A stretch of DNA of 40,603 bases, taken from positions 1 to 40,603 of the IMG/VR virus record IMGVR_UViG_3300049780_000003; one strand, 5' to 3'. The stretch's first letter is position 1. Each line of letters opens with the position of its first letter. The position numbers and the translations under genes are program-made. This document shows positions 22,290 to 31,888 of this stretch, piece by piece. The stretch is from a virus (taxonomy: Duplodnaviria > Caudoviricetes). The notes beneath the pieces were generated by a model that ran no database searches, was not told where the DNA came from, and worked only from the letters and a program-made list of their open reading frames with translations.

Positions 22290-23408
22290 CTAAGCCGAAA
22301 GGACTTCCATGACGGCGGGTGCGGTCGCGGAGATGTCAAGGTTGACGGTGCCCGTGGTGGTGAGCCATGCCCACTTCAACGTCACTGATGCGCCGCCCGT
22401 GAGGCCGGTTACCCGGAACGGGATGGACAGGTAGGCGCTGCTGTTGGCGGCGCTGGGGGTCGCGCTACAGTCGCCGACTGTCGTGCTTCCGTTGCGTAGC
22501 CCCCACCGCCCGCCGGACGACGATGCGCTCATGCGGTGCGGGCCGCTGCATCGCACGATCACTGTTCCGGACGCGGGTGCCGTGAACGTGATCGCGAGGT
22601 TGGTGGCGTCGATGTCGGTCATGGTGGTGGCGGTGGTGGACTTGGCTGCCGCCGTGTACGCCAGGGAGGCGAGCAGTCCGCCGCCCGCCGCGATGGTCGC
22701 CCACGTGTTGTCGCCGCGCAGGTAGGTGGCGCTGTCGGCGGTCCCGGAGCCGAGCCGAGCGGTTGCCACGGTGCCGCTGGTCAGGTTCGAGGCGTTCTGC
22801 TGGTCGACGTTCGCCACGTTCCCGAGCCCGACCATCGCCTTCGTGATCCCCGAGACGGTGCCCGTGAAGGTCGGGCTGGCCAGCGGTGCCTTCGCCGCGA
22901 GCGCGTTCGTCATCGTCGTCGCGAAGTTCGGGTCGTCCCCGAGCGCCGCCGCCAGTTCGTTCAGCGTGTCAAGGGCACCGGGTGCGGAGTCGATCACCGC
23001 CGCGATCGCCGCGGTCACGTCCGCCGGGGTCGCCGCACCTACGTCCGCCGCCGTCAGGGCATCCAGCAGCACGTCGAGCGAGGCCCGAGTGTCCGAGGAC
23101 ACGTTGTCGATCAGCGCCGAGACGATCCCGTCGTTGCTGGTCGGCACCGCCTCCGCGGCCGCCTGCGCCGCCTCAGCAGCGGCTTGGGCGGCCTCCGCGT
23201 TGGTCTCGGCCGTCTCGGCGTTCGTCTCCGCAGTCGTCGCCGCAGCCTGGGAGGCAGCAGCAGCGGCGGCGGCCGCCTCGGCGTCGTCGCGGGCCTCGAT
23301 CAGGTCCGGCGTCAGCGACTGGACCAGCGGCTTCAGCGAGACCGTGCCCCGGTTCGGCGTCAGGGTCAGCTTCCGCTCCACCGTCAGGTCGAATTGCAGC
23401 CCCATCAC
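22290..23408 (-). CDS. Tail fibre / minor tail protein
   Basis: Ala-rich coiled coil, APGALDTLNELAAALGDDPNFAT..KAPLASPTFTG fibre motif, YLRGDNTW, beta-sandwich C-terminus. Confidence 0.85.
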   Translation of the reverse strand: MMGLQFDLTVERKLTLTPNRGTVSLKPLVQSLTPDLIEARDDAEAAAAAAAASQAAATTAETNAETAETNAEAAQAAAEAAQAAAEAVPTSNDGIVSALIDNVSSDTRASLDVLLDALTAADVGAATPADVTAAIAAVIDSAPGALDTLNELAAALGDDPNFATTMTNALAAKAPLASPTFTGTVSGITKAMVGLGNVANVDQQNASNLTSGTVATARLGSGTADSATYLRGDNTWATIAAGGGLLASLAYTAAAKSTTATTMTDIDATNLAITFTAPASGTVIVRCSGPHRMSASSSGGRWGLRNGSTTVGDCSATPSAANSSAYLSIPFRVTGLTGGASVTLKWAWLTTTGTVNLDISATAPAVMEVLSA

Positions 23409-23782
23409 GAACCCGCCTTAATCACGAGGACCGAGTTATCGGAGTTCCAGACCCACAGCCGCTCGGTGCCGTCGTCGAAGTACAGCGACCACGAGCACTG
23501 GCGGCGGTCCTCACCGTCGTTCAGCGCGGTCGTGCTCGCCTTCGCCTTGGACACGGTGAAGCCGCCCACGGTGCCCGTCACGGTGAGCGTGACAACCGTG
23601 GACGCCCCGTCCGTGACCACGCAGGTCCCGGTGATGCCGGTGAAGTCCACCGGGTTGTTCGCCGAGTCCACCGCCCCAGAGAACGTCCACTCCCAGGTCG
23701 CGCCAGCAGTCGCCTCGGCGAAGCAACCGCCGTCAGCGAGCGCCGGCTGCGCCTGCGGAATCAGATCCGTGAATCCGGCCAC
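23405..23782 (-). CDS. Minor tail/baseplate adaptor protein (BppU-N-like)
   Basis: GTG 23782 with GGAGG RBS. GATWEWTF..PVDFTG..WSLYF beta-rich domain. Confidence 0.6.
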   Translation of the reverse strand: MAGFTDLIPQAQPALADGGCFAEATAGATWEWTFSGAVDSANNPVDFTGITGTCVVTDGASTVVTLTVTGTVGGFTVSKAKASTTALNDGEDRRQCSWSLYFDDGTERLWVWNSDNSVLVIKAGS

Positions 23783-25161
23783 TATGCCTCCTCGGTTGCT
23801 GCGGGGTTCTCCGGCGCCGACAAGGCGCCCTCGATGTCGCGCGGGCTGAACCCGAGCGGGGCCGCGACCGCGCTCGGTGAACGCCCCTCGGTGACCTCGA
23901 CCTCGGAGAGCACGATCCGGATCGCCGCGCGAACGGTCGGGCTGGAGCGGGCGTCCCGGTTGTCGGGGATCTCGAGCATGGTCCCGGCCTTCACATGCCG
24001 CGGGTTCGCCCGGGCACCGGAGACGTGGAGCAGGTTCCGGGGCGTCAGCTCGACACCCTCCGTCCAACCCATCCGGCCACCCACCAGGGCGTAGCGGCCG
24101 TCGATGTAGGCCTGCGCCGTCGACGCGGAGATCGATCCCAGGGACCGCAGATCGATGTCGCGCTGCATGTGCCCGAACACGGCCACCGCGTCGTCGTCTT
24201 CGGCGTACACGAGCCCGTCGCCGCGGGTCTGGTCCACCGAGACGCCCGGGGTGGTGCCGCCGGTCAGCGCCGCGCCGTTGCCGGTCAGCGTCGCGTTCCC
24301 GGCGGTCAGCGAGATCACCCACCGAGCCGTAGAGCCGGACGGGATCTTCACCACGGCGGACGCGAACACGCCGCCGAGCGCCTGCACGGCGGTCTGCACC
24401 GTCGCGGCAGTCGCGTTGAAGGCGATGACCCCCGTCGTGGCGCCGTTGCCCGACAGGGTGAACGTGCCGCCGGTCGGAGAGCCGGTCAGCCGCACGTCGA
24501 ACGCCGCTGCGCCCTCCGAGAGGTAGTAGCCGTACAGCCGAGAGACGTACTGGTCGTCCGCGGTGCCCATGTAGAGCGGGTTCGGGGTCGTCATCCACTC
24601 CGGCGTGGTCGGGTCGGCGACGAACGTAATCGCACCCTGGGAGTCCACGTGCACCCGCTTGCCCTGCATGATCGCCGCCCGCTGCAACAGCGTGCCGATG
24701 TTCGTCAGCGGCTCGTTCTCGCTCGTCGAGATCGGCGTCGAGCCCAGGTCCACCCCGTAGCGGCCGAACGGCGCGCCGATCGACTCGGCATAGTCCACCG
24801 CATCGTTCGGGACGAACGACGGCTGGAGGTCCACACCGCCGCCCGGGTCCGCGTCGTAGACCGCCTTCCACTTCACCAGCTCCTCGCCGATGCCCTTGGC
24901 GTGGATGGTCACCCCAGTGTCGCCGCGCTCCACCTCGGAGACCAGGCCGCCCCAGATCCGGCCACCGTTTGGGGCGTAGAGCTCGAACGGCGCGTTCTTC
25001 TGCGTCCACTCCGCCTGATGGCTGCGCGGGCACGTCACCGTCACCGACGCCTCGTAGTCGCCGGACGGCGAGTCGACGCGCCGCGTGGTCGAGTGCCTGA
25101 CCCCGGACGTCGGGAACAGCAGGCCCACCCACGTCCCGGCGATCAGGACCTTGGCGGCCAT
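23782..25161 (-). CDS. Minor tail protein (hub/Tal position) with an inserted domain
   Basis: ATG 25161. IWGGLV motif, position after Dit, internal TGGTFTL..FNATAATVQTA segment. Confidence 0.75.
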   Translation of the reverse strand: MAAKVLIAGTWVGLLFPTSGVRHSTTRRVDSPSGDYEASVTVTCPRSHQAEWTQKNAPFELYAPNGGRIWGGLVSEVERGDTGVTIHAKGIGEELVKWKAVYDADPGGGVDLQPSFVPNDAVDYAESIGAPFGRYGVDLGSTPISTSENEPLTNIGTLLQRAAIMQGKRVHVDSQGAITFVADPTTPEWMTTPNPLYMGTADDQYVSRLYGYYLSEGAAAFDVRLTGSPTGGTFTLSGNGATTGVIAFNATAATVQTAVQALGGVFASAVVKIPSGSTARWVISLTAGNATLTGNGAALTGGTTPGVSVDQTRGDGLVYAEDDDAVAVFGHMQRDIDLRSLGSISASTAQAYIDGRYALVGGRMGWTEGVELTPRNLLHVSGARANPRHVKAGTMLEIPDNRDARSSPTVRAAIRIVLSEVEVTEGRSPSAVAAPLGFSPRDIEGALSAPENPAATEEA

Positions 25162-25163
25162 CG

Positions 25164-26891
25164 CTAGACCCCGGTGGCGAACGGGTCGTAGGCCGGCCGG
25201 TGCACGGCGGTCACCGTCGGGGTCGTGGTGTTCTTGACCTGCACCCACAGCGCCGTCGCACCGGGCACCAGCACCGGATAGGACTGCGAATCCACCGTCG
25301 CAGCCACCGACACCGCATCGGAGCCGTCCGCAGCCTCGCCCGCATAGAACCCGGGGCGCGGCTGGTCGAAGGACGGCGGGTCGATGAACAGGTGCGACTT
25401 CTCCACCCCAGACGCGACGGTCAGGTCTCGGACGTGGATCAGGGTCGCGTCCTCGTCCTCGCGGATCAGTCGAGCGGGCGACAGGGAGCCGAGCGGAGTG
25501 CCGTTGCGGGTGAGGGTCACCTCGTCATTAAGGCCGCTGACCGTTCCGAGCACTCGGGAGCGGTTCACGCCCAGGTCGAACGGGCCGATCGGGAACCAGC
25601 GACCGTTGCTGGGCGTCGCCGAGCCCGCCCACTCGGTCCGGGTGGTCTTCGTGATCCCGCCCACGGTCACCCCGAACACCTCGCCCGAGCTGTAGGACGC
25701 GGCGTTGGCTTGCACCCAAAGCCAGTATGTGCCCTCGGGCGCATAGGGGAACGTGGTGCCGTCGTCCGGGATCCAGCCGTTATCCAGCATCGTCGGGTCG
25801 GCGTACACGAACACGTCGCCCAGCGACGCCGAGGTGGGCGTCGGGTGCGCGATCTGCAACTGTCCCTGCACCGGGACCGAGCCCTTCATCGACAGGCCGA
25901 GCAGCGACCCGGACGGCAGGGTGGTCGAGGTGCCGTAGCCGTCCACATGGAACGTGCCCGACTGCCCCTCGAAAGCAGCCGCAGAAGCGGTAATCCGGAA
26001 CCCGGTCGTGTTCGGACGCCGCCAGAAGTAGCGCGTGTAGCCCGCCACGGGTGCGGCCTGCATCGCGACCGGGGACCCCGTGTCGGTCCCCGCCATGCTC
26101 AGTTGGACACCCGTCATGAAGCCAGGCATGACTAGGCCCGATCCCGCGCCCTCCACAGCGAGGTCCACCCAGACGTAGGCGACCGCCGGGATCGCTGCCG
26201 AATACTGGATCGTGCCTCGGCACTCCCACGACGTGGTGCCGGTCGTCGGCCCGCCGAACCCATAGGCGTAGCCCGAGTTCACCTTCTGTCCCGAGCCGGT
26301 CGCCGCGATCAGACCCAGGGCAACCGTCGTCGTGCCGAGGTAGGAGTCCACCGACATCCCCGGCCAGTTCGTCGCCGACGTCCCGTCGTCCACCGTCGTG
26401 ACCGTGCCGGCGCCGGTCGTGAAGGTCTCGGTCACCTTCTCCAGGCCGTAGCCCCACGGTGCCGTGCGGACACTCAGCGCATAGGCGTGGTACTTGGTGC
26501 CCTTCTTGATCCAGTCGAGGTCGTTGACGATCGGCCGCCACTGCGAGGTGCGGACATCAAACAGCGTCGACGCGCCACTCTCCGGCGGCGTCAGCACCAG
26601 ATCCGCAGGGCCACCCAGACGCATCCGCAGCGCCTTCGCACCCTCGGCCAGGTCGTCCCACGAGTAGCCGCAGACGGCGGTCGTCCACTGCATCTCGCGG
26701 TTGCCCCAGTGGTCGATCGACTCGTCGTCACCGTCGAGCAGCAGCGACTCGCGGACCGACACGACGCCCTCGGCGGCGCCTAGGTCGAAGCCATCGGCGT
26801 AGGTCTCCAGCCACCAGCCCGACGTCGGACGCTGGTCGGGGTCGGTCACCAGCGGCAGGCCGGCGAGCTTCCACATGAACCGCTGGCTCAT
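25164..26891 (-). CDS. Minor tail protein (Dit position)
   Basis: 575 aa directly after the tape measure gene. WGNREMQW..APWGYG N-terminal pattern. Confidence 0.75.
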   Translation of the reverse strand: MSQRFMWKLAGLPLVTDPDQRPTSGWWLETYADGFDLGAAEGVVSVRESLLLDGDDESIDHWGNREMQWTTAVCGYSWDDLAEGAKALRMRLGGPADLVLTPPESGASTLFDVRTSQWRPIVNDLDWIKKGTKYHAYALSVRTAPWGYGLEKVTETFTTGAGTVTTVDDGTSATNWPGMSVDSYLGTTTVALGLIAATGSGQKVNSGYAYGFGGPTTGTTSWECRGTIQYSAAIPAVAYVWVDLAVEGAGSGLVMPGFMTGVQLSMAGTDTGSPVAMQAAPVAGYTRYFWRRPNTTGFRITASAAAFEGQSGTFHVDGYGTSTTLPSGSLLGLSMKGSVPVQGQLQIAHPTPTSASLGDVFVYADPTMLDNGWIPDDGTTFPYAPEGTYWLWVQANAASYSSGEVFGVTVGGITKTTRTEWAGSATPSNGRWFPIGPFDLGVNRSRVLGTVSGLNDEVTLTRNGTPLGSLSPARLIREDEDATLIHVRDLTVASGVEKSHLFIDPPSFDQPRPGFYAGEAADGSDAVSVAATVDSQSYPVLVPGATALWVQVKNTTTPTVTAVHRPAYDPFATGV

Positions 26892-29800
26892 GCGTGGTTC
26901 CTCCGTGCCGCTCGGGCAACGGGGCGGCCGATCTCACGGCCCACCGCCTTGCCGGTCTCAGTGGGGTTCTTCTCGGCCAGCGCCTCCAGGCGCTCGCGCT
27001 GCCTGTTGGCGATCTTCAGTTCGCGGGTAGCGTCCTGGGCCTCCTTGCGCACGCCCTGGAGCTCCCTGTTCGCCGCGGCCAGCTCCTCGCCGTACCGTGC
27101 GAACGCCGCCGTCTGGCCCGCGTTCTGAGCAGCCGACTGCGTTCGGTTGAACTGCGACTCGAACAGCGCCAACGCGTCCTTGCCCGAGCCCGCGAACTGC
27201 TTCAGCAGATCCAGGTTCCCGGTCTGGAGCAGCGCCTCCAGCGCCGGACCCTCCAGGCCCAGCCGCTTCAGTTGCAGCGTCAGCGAGGAGAACTGCGACG
27301 CCGCCGCCGCCTGCTCCTTCAGCCCGGACATGATCGACTCGACCGTGGCGTCCTCGCCGAACAGGTCAGAGCCGGAGAACTTGCCCGCCACGTTGTCGCG
27401 CAGCGAGTCCGCCGCCTGCTTCAGGCTGTCGCGGAACTGCTTCGCGGCGTCGAGCTCCTCGGTCAGCGCCTCCTTGCGGCGCTCGGCCTCCTTCAGCCGC
27501 TCGTCCGCCTCCTTGCGGATCGCCGACTGCCACACCTTGTAGCCCGACGCGGTGGCCTGCGTCATCGCCCGCATCAGCTCGGCCCACGACGCCGTATCGG
27601 GGTCCGGGAAGTAGTAGGACTGCGGGCGGTCCTCCATGTAGGTGCCGCCGTTGGCGAAGCCTCGCGCGTGCGTGTGGGACGCGAGACCGCCGCCGGCCAG
27701 CATCATCGCGTTCAGGCGGTCGAACGTGGCCACGCCGTACTTCTCGACCGCTGCGGCCTTGATGACGTACTCGCCGTTCGAGAGCCAGGCGGGGATGCTG
27801 TCGGAGGTCGCGGTGCCCGGGCCGTTCACCGGACCACCAGTCGCCAGGTGGCCGATGGTGCCGGTGTTGATGTCGCGGTGGACCGTGGTAATCGTGATCG
27901 TCTTGGAACTCGGAAGGCTGTTCAACTGACCGCGGATGCCGGACAGCGGGCCAGACGCGCGGTCCGCCAGGCTGACGGTCGGCTCCTCTTTCATCCGACC
28001 CAGCGACATCAGGTCGCCCCGGACCGCCTTCTCCTTGCCCTTGAAGGGTGCGTCCTCCAGATCGGCCTTCGGCCGCGCCACCTCCGCGTCGATGCCGGCG
28101 ATCTGGGCACGGGTCCGCTTCGCCTTGGACTCGAACTTCTGCGGGTCGAGGTCGATCTTCGGCTTCGGGTTCGCGTCCTCCAGCTTCCGCAACTGGTTCA
28201 GCAGCGGGTTGATCGCCTTTGCCGCCTGCGGGCCCTTGGCTGCGAACCCCTCGAGCGACTGAACGGCGCCCTTCAGGAAGTCCGCGCGCAGGCCCTTGTC
28301 CTTGATCTGCGAGGCGACCTGCTCGACGGCCCGACCGAACCCGAGGATCGCGTCCATGTCCTTGGGCTGGAACCCGTCCTTGAGCGCGTCGCCCAGGCCC
28401 CGGAGTGCGTTCTTGTAGCTGTTGAGCGCCTCCTGCTTGCCCAGCCACCCGCTGAACTCGGCCAGCGCGTCGCTGAAGTTGCGGGCCGCTGCGGCGGCGG
28501 CATTGAACGCGCTGCCGGTCTCCCGCGTGTTGCCGCTGAGCTGGGCCATCCACGGGAAGATGCGCGCCATCTGGTCGGCGAACCCGCCCATGCCGAGACC
28601 GGCGGCGTCCAGTTGCGTCTTGAACTCCGGCATCGAGTTGATGAGCGTCCGCTGCTCGGCGAGGGTCAGCCGCTCCGCCTCCGCGAGCCGCTGGAACTGT
28701 GTCCACGCCTGCTGGATGCCGCCCTCGGATGCGATACCGACGAATGCGGCGTCCATCGACGCCATCGCGTTCGCCAGCCGCTCGGTCTCCATAGCGGTCG
28801 CCCCGACCGCGCCCTGCATCCCAGTCAGGTTCAAGAACCCGGTAGCGATCGCGTCGGTGAATCCAGGCCCAGACATGGCGATCCGGTCGATCTCGTTCGC
28901 CAGGCCCTTGAACCCGCCCTCACTGTCCCGAACCGCTCCCAGCGCATCCTTCAGCGAGTCCCCGCCGAGCACGTCGGTCAGGCTCTTGTCGCCGAGCCCC
29001 CGGATCGAATTCGCGAGTTGGTCCACGTCGGGCGCTGCGCCCACCGAGACATCGCGGAGCTCGTTGATCGCCCGACCAGCGAGGTCCAGGGCAATCAGGG
29101 CGCCGGCGCCCTTGGCGAGGTTCTTCAGGCTGGCCCCGAAGTTGCTGACGTTCAGCGACGCCGCACCGAGCAGCGACGCCGCCCGGTTCGCCGCCGCCAT
29201 GCCCGCCGCGATCGTGAACAGCGGCGTGCCGAACGAGGAATCCGCCAGCGCCGCCAGCGCGTTCGCCAGGCCGGTGATCGCGTCCAGCACATGCGGCCCG
29301 ATCGGTGCCAGCGCCTCAGTGATCTGGAGGATCGCGTTCCCGATCGCCTTGCCAGCCGCGGCGACCCTCGGGCCGTTCTCACGGATGTAGTCGATGAACT
29401 CCTGGAAGCCGTCGGTCTGCGACAGACCGGACGCCCACTCGTCGAACCCGCGGGCGGCGTCACGCAGCCAGCCGGTGAAGTCGCGGTTCAGCGGCCCGAA
29501 TGCCATCCACAGTTCCGCGAACCCGTGCGCCACCGAGCCGACGGCGTGGCCGAGCTGCGACAGGGCGGCGGGCGCCTCGGCCTCGAGGAAGTCGAAGAAC
29601 TCCGCCCACTCGGGACCAGCCAGCGACTGCGCGGCATCCGCGCTTAGGTCGCCCAGGGCCGTGCCGACCGCGTTGAACAGTGAGGCGACACGCGGCAGTA
29701 CACGCTCCACGTCGTCGAGCGAGGCGGTGAGGCCGGGGAACAGTCCCTCGGCCGCAGCGTCGCGGACCGCCCGGAACGCGGGACCCATGTTCACCAGCTC

Positions 29801-30292
29801 GTTCACGAACTCGCGCGCCGGCGCGCTGATCTGCTGCATCGCCTCGCGCGCCGCCTGGAGGTTCGCGACGGTCGGCTCGAGTCGCGCCTTCTGCATTGCC
29901 TCCAGCGCGTCACCGACACCCTGGAACGCAACCGAGGCTGTCGTGGCGCCGACGGCAGCGAACCCGAAGGCGGACGCCAAGCCAGTGACCGCGGGGACCG
30001 CCACCGCACCGATCGGGACCAGGGCGGGACCCAGGATCAGTGCCGCATCGGCGATCAGCCGCAGGCGCCCGGAGAACTTGTCGATGTCCGCGCCGCTGCT
30101 GCGGAACGAGGTGCCCATCGAGTCGACACTGCGGGCGGTCTCGGCGAGGTTCCGGTTCGCGCCGACGTTGCTGCCGTCGAGGTCGTTCAGGTTCTTGTCC
30201 AGCAGCGCAGCAGCGGCAGCGGCTCGGGCCATGCCCGTGGTAAATCCGGCGTCGTCGAGCGTGAGTCTCACGGACTCGTTGCGCACGGCCAA
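26888..30292 (-). CDS. Tape measure protein
   Basis: Longest ORF, Ala-rich helical, contains GGPVNGPGTATSDSIPAWLSNGEYVIKAAAV. TTG 30292 fits the GGAGG spacing. Confidence 0.92.
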   Translation of the reverse strand: MAVRNESVRLTLDDAGFTTGMARAAAAAALLDKNLNDLDGSNVGANRNLAETARSVDSMGTSFRSSGADIDKFSGRLRLIADAALILGPALVPIGAVAVPAVTGLASAFGFAAVGATTASVAFQGVGDALEAMQKARLEPTVANLQAAREAMQQISAPAREFVNELVNMGPAFRAVRDAAAEGLFPGLTASLDDVERVLPRVASLFNAVGTALGDLSADAAQSLAGPEWAEFFDFLEAEAPAALSQLGHAVGSVAHGFAELWMAFGPLNRDFTGWLRDAARGFDEWASGLSQTDGFQEFIDYIRENGPRVAAAGKAIGNAILQITEALAPIGPHVLDAITGLANALAALADSSFGTPLFTIAAGMAAANRAASLLGAASLNVSNFGASLKNLAKGAGALIALDLAGRAINELRDVSVGAAPDVDQLANSIRGLGDKSLTDVLGGDSLKDALGAVRDSEGGFKGLANEIDRIAMSGPGFTDAIATGFLNLTGMQGAVGATAMETERLANAMASMDAAFVGIASEGGIQQAWTQFQRLAEAERLTLAEQRTLINSMPEFKTQLDAAGLGMGGFADQMARIFPWMAQLSGNTRETGSAFNAAAAAARNFSDALAEFSGWLGKQEALNSYKNALRGLGDALKDGFQPKDMDAILGFGRAVEQVASQIKDKGLRADFLKGAVQSLEGFAAKGPQAAKAINPLLNQLRKLEDANPKPKIDLDPQKFESKAKRTRAQIAGIDAEVARPKADLEDAPFKGKEKAVRGDLMSLGRMKEEPTVSLADRASGPLSGIRGQLNSLPSSKTITITTVHRDINTGTIGHLATGGPVNGPGTATSDSIPAWLSNGEYVIKAAAVEKYGVATFDRLNAMMLAGGGLASHTHARGFANGGTYMEDRPQSYYFPDPDTASWAELMRAMTQATASGYKVWQSAIRKEADERLKEAERRKEALTEELDAAKQFRDSLKQAADSLRDNVAGKFSGSDLFGEDATVESIMSGLKEQAAAASQFSSLTLQLKRLGLEGPALEALLQTGNLDLLKQFAGSGKDALALFESQFNRTQSAAQNAGQTAAFARYGEELAAANRELQGVRKEAQDATRELKIANRQRERLEALAEKNPTETGKAVGREIGRPVARAARRNHA

Positions 30293-30363
30293 GCGACTCA
30301 CCTCCTGGTGATGGTGTTGGTGGTTTCGGTGACGTGCCGCCCACGGCGGCGTACCGTGCGGAC

Positions 30364-30588
30364 ATGAAGATGTGGATCGGCGCGGTGCTCATCGGCGCCG
30401 CGCTCGCGCTCGCTGGGCTCGGGCTGCGCGAGGCCGACGATCAAGGCATCAGCGAGTCGGGCGACCAGTTGCTCTGGTTCGGCGTCATCGTTGCCGCAAT
30501 CGCGCTGCTTCGGCTTGGCTGGGACCTGATGAAGGCCGACCGCGAGCAGCCCGCCGCTCCGCCACCTCAGCCTCCGACAGACGCTTGA
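30364..30588 (+). CDS. Antisense 2-TM membrane protein (moron) between tail chaperone and tape measure genes
   Basis: MKMWIGAVLIGAALALAGLGL..LLWFGVIVAAIALL. -10 TACCGT at 30352-30357, 6 nt before the ATG (leaderless). Confidence 0.65.
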   Translation: MKMWIGAVLIGAALALAGLGLREADDQGISESGDQLLWFGVIVAAIALLRLGWDLMKADREQPAAPPPQPPTDA

Positions 30589-31042
30589 CGTACAGCCGCC
30601 GCCCATCCTCGGGCCGCGGCGCACCTGCCGGCGCCTTGTCACCCCGGAGCTTCTCGGCTTCCCTGTCCGCCGCATCTTGGACGCGGACGTAGCGGTCGGC
30701 GCCGGCACACACGGGACAGGTGCGGAACTCCGGCTGGAAGTAGTTCGAGCGGTCCTGGGTCAGCGACTCATGGAACCCGCACTGGCAGAGCTGCGACTCG
30801 TACAGTGCCAGGGCCATGAGTTCGGCGCGGTCCTCGTCCGACCACTCAGGCTCGGTCTCGGTGACGATCTCCCAGGCATCCGCTAGGGCGCAGGGCTGGC
30901 CGTCGCGGTCGTAGCCGCGCTGGAAGGTTCGGGGCTCCCAGCCATGGAGTCGTCGGGGACTGACGCCGAGGTCGCGGGCGAGTCGGAGTCGGTCAACGTG
31001 CGCAGGCTGGCCGACAAGCCGCTGCGCCATTGCCGAAAATCC
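30485..31042 (-). CDS. Tail assembly chaperone, -1 frameshift extension
   Basis: Open -1 frame from slippery GGATTTT (31042-31036). LGVSPRRLHGWEP..EPEWSDEDR..CQCG..CPVC. Confidence 0.75.
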   Translation of the reverse strand, partial: GFSAMAQRLVGQPAHVDRLRLARDLGVSPRRLHGWEPRTFQRGYDRDGQPCALADAWEIVTETEPEWSDEDRAELMALALYESQLCQCGFHESLTQDRSNYFQPEFRTCPVCAGADRYVRVQDAADREAEKLRGDKAPAGAPRPEDGRRLYVKRLSEAEVAERRAARGRPSSGPSQAEAARLRQR

Positions 31043-31596
31043 AGGCGGCTCTCATGCATGGCCACGACCGCCGTAGCGGACTGCTTCAGGTCCGGCGACC
31101 CCAGGCGGGGCTCGAGGTGCTCTTTCCAGTCGCCCTCGGCCAGCGGCTCACCGTTCCACGTGTAGGCGAACCGGCCGAGCGCGTCGATCAGGGCGTCGGC
31201 GTTGCAGTAGCCGAATGCCACCTCTTGGTCACGCTGGTGGCCAGGCTTACCCTCGTCGCGAGGCGGGTGCTCGTTGACCCACCGCCGCCACTCGCCATCG
31301 GAGATGGCGCGGACCCGGAGCTCGCCCTCGTGCTCGGCCATCTCGGCGAGCAGGCTGGACAGCCGCTCTTGGATCTCGAGGGCGCGCGGGTCGCGGCCTT
31401 CGCCCTGGCGCTTCGGTCGGCCATCGCGCTCCTCGTCGTCGGACTCCACCGAACGCGGCGGCACAGGCAGCGACTCGAGCTCTGAGGTGAGCGCCTGCAC
31501 CTCTGCCACCAGTTCGGGGCGGAGGCAGACGGTCAGCGAGCGCTCGGGGCGGGACGCGGGCTTGGATGCGCGGAGGTCCGCCAGCGTGCGGCTCAT
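30883..31596 (-). CDS. Tail assembly chaperone
   Basis: Between major tail and tape measure genes, with an internal slippery site. Confidence 0.8.
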   Translation of the reverse strand: MSRTLADLRASKPASRPERSLTVCLRPELVAEVQALTSELESLPVPPRSVESDDEERDGRPKRQGEGRDPRALEIQERLSSLLAEMAEHEGELRVRAISDGEWRRWVNEHPPRDEGKPGHQRDQEVAFGYCNADALIDALGRFAYTWNGEPLAEGDWKEHLEPRLGSPDLKQSATAVVAMHESRLDFRQWRSGLSASLRTLTDSDSPATSASVPDDSMAGSPEPSSAATTATASPAP

Positions 31597-31808
31597 CGCT
31601 TGCCCTCAGTCGCAGCAATGCCGCCGCCGTCGGTGACGTAGAGCCACGAGGCGGCGGCGAATGACATGGCGGTGCCGCGGCCACCCTCGCGGATGATGTG
31701 CAGGCTGCCGCCCTCGTCGGCGTGCCAGCGGCAGTTCGGGAACGTGACGCGATCCTCCGCGCCCGCCCCGAGGTTGAGGGGTTCTGTCAAGTGGACGGTG
31801 GTGTTCAT
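31593..31808 (-). CDS. Hypothetical protein (71 aa)
   Basis: ATG 31808 after AGGA RBS, ATGA overlap with the chaperone gene. Confidence 0.6.
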   Translation of the reverse strand: MNTTVHLTEPLNLGAGAEDRVTFPNCRWHADEGGSLHIIREGGRGTAMSFAAASWLYVTDGGGIAATEGKR

Positions 31809-31888
31809 GGTGGTGGTGTCCTGTCGGTGGTGGTGGTAGTGGTGGGGCGGCGCGGCCTCTGGTGGACCGCGCCGCCCTAGGGGTCGCT

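Noticed and set aside
21918-26891. Diversity-generating retroelement or invertible tail-fibre cassette
   Set aside because: No reverse transcriptase, serine invertase, or duplicated template/variable repeat was seen by eye.
26894-29647. 917-aa plus-strand ORF and the many other long antisense or alternate-frame ORFs in the track
   Set aside because: These are shadow ORFs expected in high-GC DNA. They overlap well-supported minus-strand genes and have no motifs or RBS.
31809-31845. (GGT)n/(ACC)n microsatellite as a phase-variation tract
   Set aside because: It is short, imperfect and intergenic. Similar A/C-rich linkers precede other late RBSs, so it is probably just unstructured leader.
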